DNA of 64,000 bases from Candidatus Pelearchaeum maunauluense (lineage in GTDB: Archaea > Thermoproteota > Nitrososphaeria_A > Caldarchaeales > Caldarchaeaceae). The DNA lies in the NCBI GenBank assembly GCA_030059675.1, contig JANVYQ010000007.1, positions 23,001-87,000 of the forward strand, read 5' to 3'. Of the stretch, positions 7,307 to 16,729 are shown in pieces. The position numbers and the translations under genes were made by a program. The notes beneath the pieces are model-generated. The model had not been told where the DNA came from. It saw only the letters and a program-made list of their open reading frames with translations, and did no database searches. Positions within the stretch are counted from its first letter, which is position 1. The number at the start of each line of letters is the position of its first letter.

Positions 7307-7747
7307 CTATACCACCTGCTTCCTGCTTTCTCCAGGCCATCTAATCGTTATAGACCTATCCTCGCCGTTTAGGGGGAGTTCTAGGAACCGCCATCCCCGT
7401 CCCAGGAATCTAATCGCCACAACTGGTTTTGGGTGGAATTCACCGCCGCAATGTGGGCATTTTATCCTGAATCTTTTTGAGAAGTCCTTGAGCCGCTTGA
7501 CCTGCTCCACCTCCAGCATGGCGTAGCGCTTGCTGCTGGACTTAACTTCTATCGCCAGAAGCTCGCCGTGGTCTACCGCTATTATGTCGGGTTTGGCCAT
7601 CTTGCCCGCGCCGCTTCCAGGGGTTCTCACAGCATAGCAGCCGTCCTCACTGGCTTCTATGAAGCGCCTCAACAAGCTATACTCTCCCTCATAGCCCACC
7701 CGCGCCTTATACCTTGGAGAAGCAGAGTCCCGCGGCTTCCTAGGCAA
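7307..7747 (-). CDS. hjc: Holliday junction resolvase Hjc/Hje-family nuclease with CPHCG insertion
   Basis: G...E..L, AVR.PGSG, PDIIA, AIEVKS, EQV..L..FS, P.VAIRF...GWRF. Confidence 0.85.
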   Translation of the reverse strand: MPRKPRDSASPRYKARVGYEGEYSLLRRFIEASEDGCYAVRTPGSGAGKMAKPDIIAVDHGELLAIEVKSSSKRYAMLEVEQVKRLKDFSKRFRIKCPHCGGEFHPKPVVAIRFLGRGWRFLELPLNGEDRSITIRWPGESRKQVV

Positions 7748-7769
7748 GATGAGAACACCCCACTCTTCC

Positions 7770-8156
7770 TTACGTTATCTTCTCGCGTTTATCTACTATC
7801 TTCTTCTCCTTCTCGTTCTCGCGGTGTATTGGGCGTTTCTCTATCTGGCCCAGCTCTATTATGAGCGGGCTTAGAAAATGGCTGAAGGATGCTGAGTTTT
7901 TAACCCATTTCCTCTCGCTGGGCTTTGAGAGGTAGCCTAGCTGAACCAGATTAGTGAGGAGCGTGGATATGCTCCTCCTTTTTCTACGGTCTTTTACGAG
8001 TTCTTCAGGGAGAAGCTCGGTTATGTCTGTTAGCGTGAAGGGATGCTGCTTGATGTTCGCTATAGCTGCTAGTATGGCCTCTATATCCGAATCGCTGAGC
8101 AGGCGTGTCTTCCACGATAACATCTTGATTATTGGATTGTTATCAGCCATTTCCAT
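7770..8156 (-). CDS. hypothetical protein, wHTH-like
   Basis: FTLTDITELL...RRSISTLLTNLVQLGYLSKPSERKW fits a winged-helix pattern. Confidence 0.6.
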   Translation of the reverse strand: MEMADNNPIIKMLSWKTRLLSDSDIEAILAAIANIKQHPFTLTDITELLPEELVKDRRKRRSISTLLTNLVQLGYLSKPSERKWVKNSASFSHFLSPLIIELGQIEKRPIHRENEKEKKIVDKREKIT

Positions 8157-8186
8157 ACCACCAACTCAACTATGACGACTCCAATT

Positions 8187-9698
8187 CTAATAATAGCGGA
8201 GAAGCGTCGCTGGGTTAAGCTGTATATCACGCCTGCAACTACTGCATTCTAGGACAATCTTATCTCCAGCCTCGGCGGCTTCCTCCAAATCCTCCTTCAC
8301 GGGTAGCATGACTATCGTCCCCTCACCACAGTGCGGGCATTTGACGCGGGCTTTCTTCTCTATCGTGTTTGTGAGTTCCTGCTTGGTGCTTAGTCTCTTG
8401 AAGAAGGCCACCGCTGGCCGTGTCTCCGTCTTTTCCACCGCTTCCTGGGTAGCCTCCTGCACTGGTGGAGGCGGCCTCTCCTGCCGCTGCTCGGCGTATA
8501 TCCTCTTAAGCTCCGCCTCCAGAGCCACGCGCCTCTCAGCCAAAGCCTTAAACTCCTTCTCAAGCTTGTCAAACACCCACTTGGGGACAAGCTCGCTCCT
8601 AATGGCTGGGAGAATCAGCTCAACTATCCTCTTCCGCACGTTCTCTGTCAAGCTCTGCTCAAGCGGCCTCAACGCTGGAAGCTCTCCCTTCCTAACCTTA
8701 ACTATGTTCAGAAGCTGATGAGCAAGCGTTTCAATCTCCTCATTTGAAACTATCTCTGGGTTGTGCATCAGGTTGAGCAGCGAGCGCGCCGCATCAACCT
8801 CTTCCTCAAGAATCTTCACCTGCTCCTCTTTCTTGCTTATCTCCTCATCCAGCGATGCGAGAAGCTCTTGCATCTGTCTTATCTCGTTCTCTATCTCCTC
8901 AGCCTTGCCGCGATATCCGTATAATGATTCATACTCACGTGTCAGCTCCTCTATCTTAGAGTTTAGCTCATTCACTCTATTCTCAAGCTGCTCCACCTCA
9001 GCCTTAAGCCTGTTCCTCGCCTCCATTATGCTGTTAAACTCTGGCTCCACATCTATGAGCGCCGCTATCTGCCCTTCCTTCTCCTTCTTGGAGGATTCTA
9101 TCGCCGCCAGCTCTTCTTCAAGGCTTTTCTTACGGTTCTCCAGCTCCTCTATCTCGCTCAAGAGCGACTTACGCGCATCCAGCATCTCTAGAAGCTTAGC
9201 TGGGTCTCCTCCAAGCTCCTTAAGCTGTTTGGCAGCAGAGACAAGTAGTTCTAAGTCTTGTGTAGAGATGCCGTGACTCTCAAGGAGCTTGAAGAGGTTG
9301 GATGCTTTATTAACCTTGTCTAGAGTGAGTTTCTGCTGCTCCATGTATATCTTCAGGTCTTCCTCTATCTTCTCACGCTTCGCCTTAAGCTCGTTAATCG
9401 CATACTCAAGCTTCACACTCTCCTTAAACTTCTTATCATATTCGCGGAGGAGAACCGTGAAGCTTTTTCCTGTTTCACGCTCAAGCTCTCTAAGCCTTAG
9501 AGCTGTCTTGATATATTTACGCAGCTTAGCTGGTTGTTTTTCCAAGGATTCAAATAATTCCAGTAATGAGTTGATTGTCTGCTCATCTAATCCCAGCTCG
9601 GTGAGACACTTCATGGCTTCGCCCCCAGCCCCCTTAGGCTGGGACTCGCCACCCACACCCTGCTCACTTACTCCCTCCTGGTCTGGAATGTGCGCCAT
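8187..9698 (-). CDS. long coiled-coil protein with C-terminal zinc ribbon
   Basis: Long E/K/L-rich heptad stretch, C-terminal CPHC...CSSC; start likely ATG 9698 (TATA-like TATATAT ~30 nt upstream) rather than 9761; no Walker A seen. Confidence 0.75.
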   Translation of the reverse strand: MAHIPDQEGVSEQGVGGESQPKGAGGEAMKCLTELGLDEQTINSLLELFESLEKQPAKLRKYIKTALRLRELERETGKSFTVLLREYDKKFKESVKLEYAINELKAKREKIEEDLKIYMEQQKLTLDKVNKASNLFKLLESHGISTQDLELLVSAAKQLKELGGDPAKLLEMLDARKSLLSEIEELENRKKSLEEELAAIESSKKEKEGQIAALIDVEPEFNSIMEARNRLKAEVEQLENRVNELNSKIEELTREYESLYGYRGKAEEIENEIRQMQELLASLDEEISKKEEQVKILEEEVDAARSLLNLMHNPEIVSNEEIETLAHQLLNIVKVRKGELPALRPLEQSLTENVRKRIVELILPAIRSELVPKWVFDKLEKEFKALAERRVALEAELKRIYAEQRQERPPPPVQEATQEAVEKTETRPAVAFFKRLSTKQELTNTIEKKARVKCPHCGEGTIVMLPVKEDLEEAAEAGDKIVLECSSCRRDIQLNPATLLRYY

Positions 9699-9869
9699 AC
9701 TCAGCCAAGTTTTATACGGTCTGTATTGATATATATGTGCCATCCCGCGGAGAATACGCATAATATTGGTGTATTTTCGGGCTAGGGCTCACGTAGATGC
9801 GGAGAATTATGCGGTTTATATCGGCAAAAACTATTATAATGTGAAGTGAATTAACTAGCTTGATGCACT

Positions 9870-10664
9870 ATGAGCGTATTAGCACAGCTCACACCCGCGA
9901 CCATATTTCTAACAATCTTCCTGCTCATAATAATACTAGGACTACTATCATCAGCCATAAAGATAGCAACAGAATACGAGCGCGTGGTCATCTTCAGGCT
10001 CGGTAGGCTACTAGGCGCTAAAGGGCCTGGGCTAGTCATAATACTGCCAATAATAGATAAGCGACGTATCGTTGACCTTAGGCTGATAACGCTTGACGTA
10101 CCCAAGCAGCGTATGATCACGAAGGATAACGTGACTGTTGACGTGGATGCTATCGTCTACTTCAGGGTTAATGACCCTATAGCTGCTGTTGTGCGTGTTA
10201 AGGACTACATAACTGCTTCCGCTATGCTGGCTCAGACCACACTACGCGATGTCATAGGCCAGGTGGAGTTTGACGACCTCCTCACTAGGAGGGAGGAGCT
10301 GAACAAGAGGATACAGCAGATACTTGATGAGGCTACAGAGCCTTGGGGTATTAAGGTAACCACCGTAGCAATCCGTGATGTTGTGATACCTGAGACTATG
10401 CAGAGGGCTATTGCCAAGCAGGCTGAGGCTGAGCGCGAGAGGAGGAGCAGGATAATCATGGCTGAGGGAGAGCTGCAGGCCGCGCAGAAGATGGCGGAGG
10501 CAGCCAACTACTATGCCCAGAACCCATCTGCCATGAGGCTTCGCGAACTCCAGACATGGGCCGAGATAGCTAGGGAAAAGAACCTGATAGTGATTACCGA
10601 GAGTAGCGGGCTTAAGGAAATGGCGGCCATGATGGGTATGATAGAGTCGTCAAAGAAGAGATGA
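9870..10664 (+). CDS. stomatin/slipin SPFH domain protein
   Basis: EYERVVIFRLGR, GPGL, VDLR, ITKDNVTV.VDA, AQTTLRDVIG, AEAERERR. Confidence 0.97.
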   Translation: MSVLAQLTPATIFLTIFLLIIILGLLSSAIKIATEYERVVIFRLGRLLGAKGPGLVIILPIIDKRRIVDLRLITLDVPKQRMITKDNVTVDVDAIVYFRVNDPIAAVVRVKDYITASAMLAQTTLRDVIGQVEFDDLLTRREELNKRIQQILDEATEPWGIKVTTVAIRDVVIPETMQRAIAKQAEAERERRSRIIMAEGELQAAQKMAEAANYYAQNPSAMRLRELQTWAEIAREKNLIVITESSGLKEMAAMMGMIESSKKR

Positions 10665-11965
10665 CTAGAGCCGCATCAATAACTATCGCAATATTCCTCA
10701 TATCTTTTTCAGCTTTACTCGCTGCCTCGGATAGCTATGGCTCTACCGACGAAAGGCGCGTGCTCTGGCTGGAGCTTAATGGCTACGTCTCGCCAGGCAT
10801 GGCTGAGTATGTTGAGGAGAGCTTGAGCAACGCTGGGGACTACGCCGCGGTTCTCATAACGCTGGATACATTCGGCGGCCTCGGAGACGCTATGTTCAGG
10901 ATAATTGACGCCATACTAGAGTCCCCCACACCCGTGATAGGCTTCGTATACCCAGCTGGTAAGCAGGCTCTCTCAGCTGGCACTTACATACTCATGGCGA
11001 CAGACTATGCTGCGATGGCGCCTTATACGTTGATAGGCTCTGCCCAGCCAGTTGTCGGCGGCCAGCCGAGCAACGAGACCAAGCTCATAAACTTCCTCAC
11101 TGCTAAGATGAGCTCCCTCGCTGAGCTGCATAAGCGAAACGCGACACAGGCTGTTAGGTTCATCACGCATAACGACAACCTAGGCCCAGAGGAGGCGCTG
11201 AGGCTTCGGGTTATAGAAGCAATAGCAGACTCGCCTGAGGAGCTTCTACAGAAAGCGGATGGAGCGACGGTGTATAGGCTGGGCGGGGAAAGAACCCTAG
11301 ACCTCAACGGGGCCAGGCTGGTTAAAGTGGAGCCTAGCATAAGGTCTTCTGTAATAGGGCTCTTTTCAGACCCGCTGGTTTCCAGTCTTCTCCTCTCCAT
11401 AGGGATATTGGTCTTGATACTTGGTTTTACGAGTCCTGGATGGGGTGCTGAGGTGGCTGGAGGAATAATGATAGTCTTAGGACTCCTGGGTCAGGGCTTC
11501 AACGTGAATATCATAGGGATACTGCTCGCCGCAATAGGAGCTGGCCTCATAATCTTTGAACTACACACACCAGGCTTCGGAGCAGCGGGCCTAGGCGGAA
11601 TCTTCGCGCTAACGCTAGGCCTGATACTCCTCATAGGATACCCGCCCTACCCCATATACGTCTCAGAAGAATGGCTACAACAGCTCTACTTCTCAATAGG
11701 AGTATCAACCATCGTAGCCGGCGGTATCTTCGTCTTCCTAATCTACAAAGCCCTTAGGATACAGAAGAGAAAGAGCTACTTTGAGAAGTATCTCGGCGAT
11801 GTGGGCAAAGCCATAGACGACCTAAGCCCTGGTAAAGAGGGATATATCTTGGTCTCAGGCGAGTACTGGAGAGCTACCTCTAGGACGGAGATTAGAAGGG
11901 GGCAGAGGGTTAGGATAGTTGGGCGTAGAGACGGTCTCCTACTTGTGGAGCCTGCTGATGAATAA
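10661..11965 (+). CDS. nfeD: NfeD/STOPP membrane-bound serine protease
   Basis: LDTFGG, SAGTYI (Ser), IGSAQPV, TM domain, C-terminal GEYWRA OB domain; translationally coupled to stomatin. Confidence 0.93.
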   Translation: MTRAASITIAIFLISFSALLAASDSYGSTDERRVLWLELNGYVSPGMAEYVEESLSNAGDYAAVLITLDTFGGLGDAMFRIIDAILESPTPVIGFVYPAGKQALSAGTYILMATDYAAMAPYTLIGSAQPVVGGQPSNETKLINFLTAKMSSLAELHKRNATQAVRFITHNDNLGPEEALRLRVIEAIADSPEELLQKADGATVYRLGGERTLDLNGARLVKVEPSIRSSVIGLFSDPLVSSLLLSIGILVLILGFTSPGWGAEVAGGIMIVLGLLGQGFNVNIIGILLAAIGAGLIIFELHTPGFGAAGLGGIFALTLGLILLIGYPPYPIYVSEEWLQQLYFSIGVSTIVAGGIFVFLIYKALRIQKRKSYFEKYLGDVGKAIDDLSPGKEGYILVSGEYWRATSRTEIRRGQRVRIVGRRDGLLLVEPADE

Positions 11966-12002
11966 AGAATAAGGAAGGGAGGGAGTTTTTGGGCGTTGGT
12001 TC

Positions 12003-12428
12003 TTAGAGTCTTCCCCGTCTAAATGGGCGGCGCTGGCCGTAGCCCCTGCTCTGGTAGCCGTAGTCGCTGCTATAAGTCTCCTTTGCGGAGAGGTTGTTCT
12101 CCGTGTTTATGTTCTCAATAGCCTCATCGGATAGCTCAATAGAGCCATACCTACCCAGATTCAGCTGCATCCTACCACGGAAGACCTTGACAAAACCGTT
12201 GTTCACCTTTATCGTATCCCCCTCATTAACCTTCTCCGCGTTGTCATCCCAGAGAATCAGCTTTATAGCGCCAGTGTCATCTGCTATCAAAGCCTCAGAC
12301 AGCGTATGCTCCGACTGGTCATACTGCGAAGAAACAGTCTTCACCGGCGACTTCTCAACAACCTTAGCCACTAGGTTTACTCCGCGTGAGCGCGGAGTCA
12401 AACTACCTATCTTAACTATTTCACTCAA
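12003..12428 (-). CDS. ssb: single-stranded DNA-binding protein (single OB fold, crenarchaeal type)
   Basis: VNLVAKVVEK, IADDTGAIKLILW, NGFVKVFRG.MQLNLGRYG, flexible G/R-rich tail. Confidence 0.9.
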   Translation of the reverse strand: MSEIVKIGSLTPRSRGVNLVAKVVEKSPVKTVSSQYDQSEHTLSEALIADDTGAIKLILWDDNAEKVNEGDTIKVNNGFVKVFRGRMQLNLGRYGSIELSDEAIENINTENNLSAKETYSSDYGYQSRGYGQRRPFRRGRL

Positions 12429-12505
12429 CCTTTCTTTACACGCTCTTTAGGTGTGCATATTCCGCTCCAGCCTCTTATTTAAATGTATGGCTAGACCAAA
12501 AACTA

Positions 12506-14083
12506 TTACCCACCAACGGCCCTGCGTAGCTTTTCTACAGCCTTCTCGCTCCCCAGGTCTTCGAAGATATACGGCCCAAGACGCGGCCCCTTCGGCTGTC
12601 CTATCAACACCTTGTATAGCGTTCTGAAGAACTCTGCTGGCTGTAGGCCGTTGTTTCGCGCAGCGTTGAATATTCCGTTCTGAATCTCATCACCGCTTTT
12701 GGCCTTCTCGATGACCTTGATTAACTTGTTAATCGCTTTCTTCTGGTTCTCGGATAGTTGTACTGGCTTGACCTCCACCTGGCCGAAGTCTTTGACGAAG
12801 TTTATCGCCATCCTAACCCTCTCCCTTACTGTGTCGTCGACCTTGTAGCCGTAGCGTTGTAGGCGGCTTATCACGAATTGCTCCTCAGCCCCATCGGGAG
12901 CCGCGCCCGCGAGCTGCGTGAGGAGTGTGTAGGGAACTTTTGAGGGCGGCTCACGTGGAGGCTCCAAGTTATAGATATACATGAACAGACCTCTGGACTT
13001 TATGTCGCCGCTTCCAGAGTAGTATGCGTCTTGCAGCCTGTCCAGCTCGTTCATCAACGCTGGTATTAGGGGTGGCGAGATTACGCGCGTCCCCTTTATA
13101 CGCTTGAGTAAGAGCAGGATGAGGCTCTGGGGCGTTCCGTACCTATACCAGCTCTGAGGTGTGAATACACTAACCCCACGCGACTTGGATATCTTCCTCC
13201 TCGACTCGTCTAGGAAAAGCTCGTACTGGACGTGCATGGGTGGCTCGAACTGGAGAATCTCGCGCGATACCCAGTCGTTTACCATTATTGATTTGGCTAG
13301 GTCTTTCCCGTATGCTTCAAACCTTATGTCCAGCGCGGACCATCGCGCAGCCCACTCAACCTTCCACGAGAGCTTCCCGTCGGCCTTCTTTATATCCGCC
13401 TCTCCCTCATAGCCGCAGCCCTCGTGCCAGACCCCCTTGACCATAACATCCTTACAGCGGTAGAGAACCTTATCACTCCCAGGCTCGAACTCGTAGGCAT
13501 GAGCCGTATAGACTCTCCCGCAGTTCCCGCATATTGGAAAGTATGGAAGTGTTTCTAGAAACTTCTTCTGCCCTGTGAGCTCATTAATCTTCTCACCTAT
13601 CGCTTTATGGTTTTCGAGTATCCTCCGTATCTGTTCCGCGAGTATCCCGTTCTTGTATGCGTCGTATGCCCTCATGAACGTTGCCCTTATCCCAGCTTTT
13701 TCAAGCGCGTCAAGAAGGAGATACTCCATGTGCTCCGCGTATGAGCCATGACAGTTGAATGGGTCTGGGATTAGCGATACCGGACGGAGTAGGTATTTCC
13801 CAACCTCGCGCGGAAGCTCTGCTGGAACGCTTCTAAGACCATCCATATCATCTGCGAACTGTATAGTCTCAGAGTTGTATCCAAGATTCCTGAGGGCCAG
13901 CGCTACTGCGTGGGCTCTTACCGAGTCGGCCATGCTCCCTAGGTGGACTATCCCAGAAGCGGCTATGCCAGCCTCGGTTCTAAGGAGCTCTAGTGAGCGT
14001 CCAAGCCGCTTCTCCCGCTCCACAAGCCTGCCAGCAAGCTTATCCATCCAAGTGCCGAGCCCTATGACCTGCTTCTGCGACAT
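12506..14083 (-). CDS. lysS: lysyl-tRNA synthetase class I
   Basis: ASGIVHLGS (HIGH-like), DDMDGLR, GKLSWKVEWAARW, FEAYGKD, KISKSRG, GPRLGPYI. Confidence 0.97.
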   Translation of the reverse strand: MSQKQVIGLGTWMDKLAGRLVEREKRLGRSLELLRTEAGIAASGIVHLGSMADSVRAHAVALALRNLGYNSETIQFADDMDGLRSVPAELPREVGKYLLRPVSLIPDPFNCHGSYAEHMEYLLLDALEKAGIRATFMRAYDAYKNGILAEQIRRILENHKAIGEKINELTGQKKFLETLPYFPICGNCGRVYTAHAYEFEPGSDKVLYRCKDVMVKGVWHEGCGYEGEADIKKADGKLSWKVEWAARWSALDIRFEAYGKDLAKSIMVNDWVSREILQFEPPMHVQYELFLDESRRKISKSRGVSVFTPQSWYRYGTPQSLILLLLKRIKGTRVISPPLIPALMNELDRLQDAYYSGSGDIKSRGLFMYIYNLEPPREPPSKVPYTLLTQLAGAAPDGAEEQFVISRLQRYGYKVDDTVRERVRMAINFVKDFGQVEVKPVQLSENQKKAINKLIKVIEKAKSGDEIQNGIFNAARNNGLQPAEFFRTLYKVLIGQPKGPRLGPYIFEDLGSEKAVEKLRRAVGG

Positions 14084-14135
14084 GGCTGAAGTCCTTCCCC
14101 CAGCCTAACAGCTTGAGAGAGCACGGTATTAGGGT

Positions 14136-15005
14136 TTAAACCTTGACCGCCTTGACGCAGCGTGTTGAGTGGTCGAGGCTTGCGCTGAAGCCTACGCTCC
14201 TAAGCCGCTCCAAAACACCTACATAAATCCGCTTACCAGAACGCACGCCAGGTTCGCCTACATAGTGTATGAGAATACCACCACGTTTCAGAAGCTCGTA
14301 TAGACGTTGATAGAACTGCCTGCTATATAGCTCGCCAGCAATCTTAATAGTGGGCGGGTCGTTTAGTATGGCGTCAAAACGCTCATCCAACTCCTCTACT
14401 ACACCCACCGCATCACCCTTGATTATCTCTATGCCTCCAGTGAAGAGCTCGCGCGACCATGGGTTGTATCTGGCCAGCTCTAAGATGTTCTCGTCTTTCT
14501 CTATCGTCTTAACACTACACGCGCCCAGCCTCTTAGCCCAGATAGCGGTGTAGCCCAACCCAGTACAAATATCCAAGACATTCCTGCACCTCAGCCGACC
14601 CATAAGCTCAACCTTTCTACGCGCATCCTCCTCGGGAAACATATCCCTTACGCGGTGCATGTGGACGCCGTCAATCTCAACGGTAGGTGCGTGGCCCCAT
14701 GAGGTCATGGCCAGCATGTAGAAATGGCCTAATGCCGAGAAGTAGAGCTTACGCGGAGGCTTCTCAACCGTGTATATTCCCCGCTCATCCTCAGAAACAG
14801 TTTCAAGAAAATCCCATTCTAGTAAAACGTCCCTAGCGTAGAGGCCCTCGCTACGTATCTCGCATATTTCGCTGGATAAGCCTAGGTCGAGGGAGAGTCT
14901 TACCTCGCCACACCTCCCACGCCTAGAGAGAGCCTCGCGGGCGACGTGAGAGGCTATCAGCCCAACCCCAGCCGACATGATTCCTAGCAATAAACGCTTA
15001 TTCAA
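14136..15005 (-). CDS. archaeal SAM-dependent methyltransferase (COG2521-like)
   Basis: SLDLG, PTVEIDGVHMH, VLDICTGLGYTAI, NPWS, DPP...AGELYS. Confidence 0.88.
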   Translation of the reverse strand: MNKRLLLGIMSAGVGLIASHVAREALSRRGRCGEVRLSLDLGLSSEICEIRSEGLYARDVLLEWDFLETVSEDERGIYTVEKPPRKLYFSALGHFYMLAMTSWGHAPTVEIDGVHMHRVRDMFPEEDARRKVELMGRLRCRNVLDICTGLGYTAIWAKRLGACSVKTIEKDENILELARYNPWSRELFTGGIEIIKGDAVGVVEELDERFDAILNDPPTIKIAGELYSRQFYQRLYELLKRGGILIHYVGEPGVRSGKRIYVGVLERLRSVGFSASLDHSTRCVKAVKV

Positions 15006-15047
15006 TCATAAATTAATAGTCGCCAGCATAAAGACAGCATAACCATC

Positions 15048-15863
15048 ATGAACAAAGTCATACTCTGCTCAGAGGAAGACCCAGCATCGCTTAACATAAG
15101 GGAGCGGCTCATAGAGTCATTCGGCTTCAGAGAAGATTCTTCCACCATGTTCGGAAACCCCATATACAGGCGTGGGGACATTAGGATAATCACGGTGAAC
15201 AGGCCATCAATATATGCTGATGAGGAGGTTTCTGGTATTGATGCGGGGCTTATTGTTGTAGCTTCTAAGCATGTTTCGGAAGCTGGGGTGAAGGCGGTGT
15301 TGTCTCACCCAGTTGGCAACTGGGGTGAGAAGGCCGAGTTTGGGGGCAGGCCTAGAGCGCTGGCAGTTACGTCGGCACGCGCAGTGTTTGCGGCGGTCAG
15401 CAGGTTGAGGAGCTTACTGGAAGATGCTGGGCTTACTGGATGGGATGTGGGCATGGAAGCCACGCACCACGGGCCTTATTCTGAGAAGCCCCTGCTCTTC
15501 GTGGAGCTGGGCAGCTCCCCAGCCGAGTGGAGCGACCCGAAGATGGGCGAAATCGTTGCCGAGGCATGTTTAGCGGCATGTGCTGCTGAGAGGGTGAATG
15601 TTCCTGAGATAGCTGTTGGGTTTGGCGGTGGTCATTATACGCCGCGATTTACGCCGCTGGTGTTGCAGGAGAAGGTAGCCTTCGGCCACGTAGCGCCGAA
15701 ATACCACTTTCCGTTGTCAAGTGAAATGATACGAGAAGCATTTGAGAAGACTGTTGAGAGGCCAAAGCTAGCGTATATTGATTGGAAGGGAATAAACTCG
15801 GAACAACGGCAGAGATTGCTAGAAGAGCTGAGCGGGATTGGAGTAGAGTATGTGAGGCTTTAG
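15048..15863 (+). CDS. dtdA: D-aminoacyl-tRNA deacylase (DTD2)
   Basis: DPAS.NI, SKH.S, H..GN, EATHHGP, FVELGS, GFGGGHY, GHVAPKY, DWKG. Confidence 0.95.
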   Translation: MNKVILCSEEDPASLNIRERLIESFGFREDSSTMFGNPIYRRGDIRIITVNRPSIYADEEVSGIDAGLIVVASKHVSEAGVKAVLSHPVGNWGEKAEFGGRPRALAVTSARAVFAAVSRLRSLLEDAGLTGWDVGMEATHHGPYSEKPLLFVELGSSPAEWSDPKMGEIVAEACLAACAAERVNVPEIAVGFGGGHYTPRFTPLVLQEKVAFGHVAPKYHFPLSSEMIREAFEKTVERPKLAYIDWKGINSEQRQRLLEELSGIGVEYVRL

Positions 15864-16172
15864 TAGATAATGCTTAATTATTAGCGGAGAATGGAAGATG
15901 AGACAGGTGATTACCGCCCTTGTCGTATCCTCCAACTCCTCCACCACCAGGCTATCCGCCATTGGATGGTTGCGGATATTATTTACTTCTCTAACCCCTG
16001 GGGTTAGCCTATCAAGGACTCCCAGCGATGCCAAGCCTATGCCAAAGCAAATGATGAAGGTCGCTATGGTTCTTACTAGTGTCCGGAATAGGTCGGTGAG
16101 GAATACCGCGGGGGCCAGCCATGTTGGAGGAGGTGGAGGAGTGACTTGCTGGGGAACAATCATTCCAACCAC
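15819..16172 (-). CDS. DUF350-like membrane protein, probably truncated/degenerate
   Basis: One TM helix then LDRLTPG.REV..I..HPMA resembling DUF350, after which the expected hydrophobic helix is replaced by charged residues. Confidence 0.4.
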   Translation of the reverse strand: MVGMIVPQQVTPPPPPTWLAPAVFLTDLFRTLVRTIATFIICFGIGLASLGVLDRLTPGVREVNNIRNHPMADSLVVEELEDTTRAVITCLIFHSPLIIKHYLLKPHILYSNPAQLF

Positions 16173-16327
16173 CTTTGCGCTTAAAGCCGATTCTTACAGC
16201 AACTAAATCAAGGTTTATTATAGTTTATAATATGAAAGCCGCCTCATCTCCTTACTTAACCTTTTATCCAAGAATACGCCTCAAGTAATGCTTTTATTTC
16301 ACTAACGCGATTAATAAAACGTACGTT

Positions 16328-16702
16328 ATGCTACTCCCAGCAGAAATCGAATCCAAGCTCACAATACCAGTAATAAGAGCTATGGTAGCTAAGAAACTAA
16401 TTCTAGAGCATAGCTATACTCAGGAAGAGGCGGCACGCGCGCTAGGGGTTACGCAGGCTGCCATAAGCAACTATATGCGCGGGGTAAGGGGTGTTGTTGT
16501 AAATTGGGAGAATGTAAAGGAGGTAAATGAGAAGATAAACGAGATAGTCGTCTTAATATTGAATAAGACTCCACAAACCGAGATAGCGAGAAAATTTAAC
16601 AAGCTGGTCGCGGAGATACGTAAGAAACGGATGCTATGCGATATTCATAAGAAAATCGAGCCTGACGTTGATATAGACTCCTGCCACGTATGTGATGAGT
16701 AA
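16328..16702 (+). CDS. HTH transcriptional regulator (COG2522-like, Cys/His C-terminus)
   Basis: LP.EIE....IP.IRA.VA..L, TQEEAARALGVTQAAISNY, LCDIH...CHVC. Confidence 0.9.
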   Translation: MLLPAEIESKLTIPVIRAMVAKKLILEHSYTQEEAARALGVTQAAISNYMRGVRGVVVNWENVKEVNEKINEIVVLILNKTPQTEIARKFNKLVAEIRKKRMLCDIHKKIEPDVDIDSCHVCDE

Positions 16703-16729
16703 CTGAGGAAGAAAACTCTCCTCATTATA

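Noticed and set aside
8187-9761. SMC/Rad50 ATPase
   Set aside because: No Walker A/B or ABC signature motif found; only coiled coil and a terminal zinc ribbon.
16692-16706. GTGATGA-gtaa-CTGA resembling a box C/D or K-turn element
   Set aside because: There is no guide region or C'/D' boxes and the flanks do not form the canonical stem; it overlaps the CDE-stop codons of the regulator and is probably coincidental.
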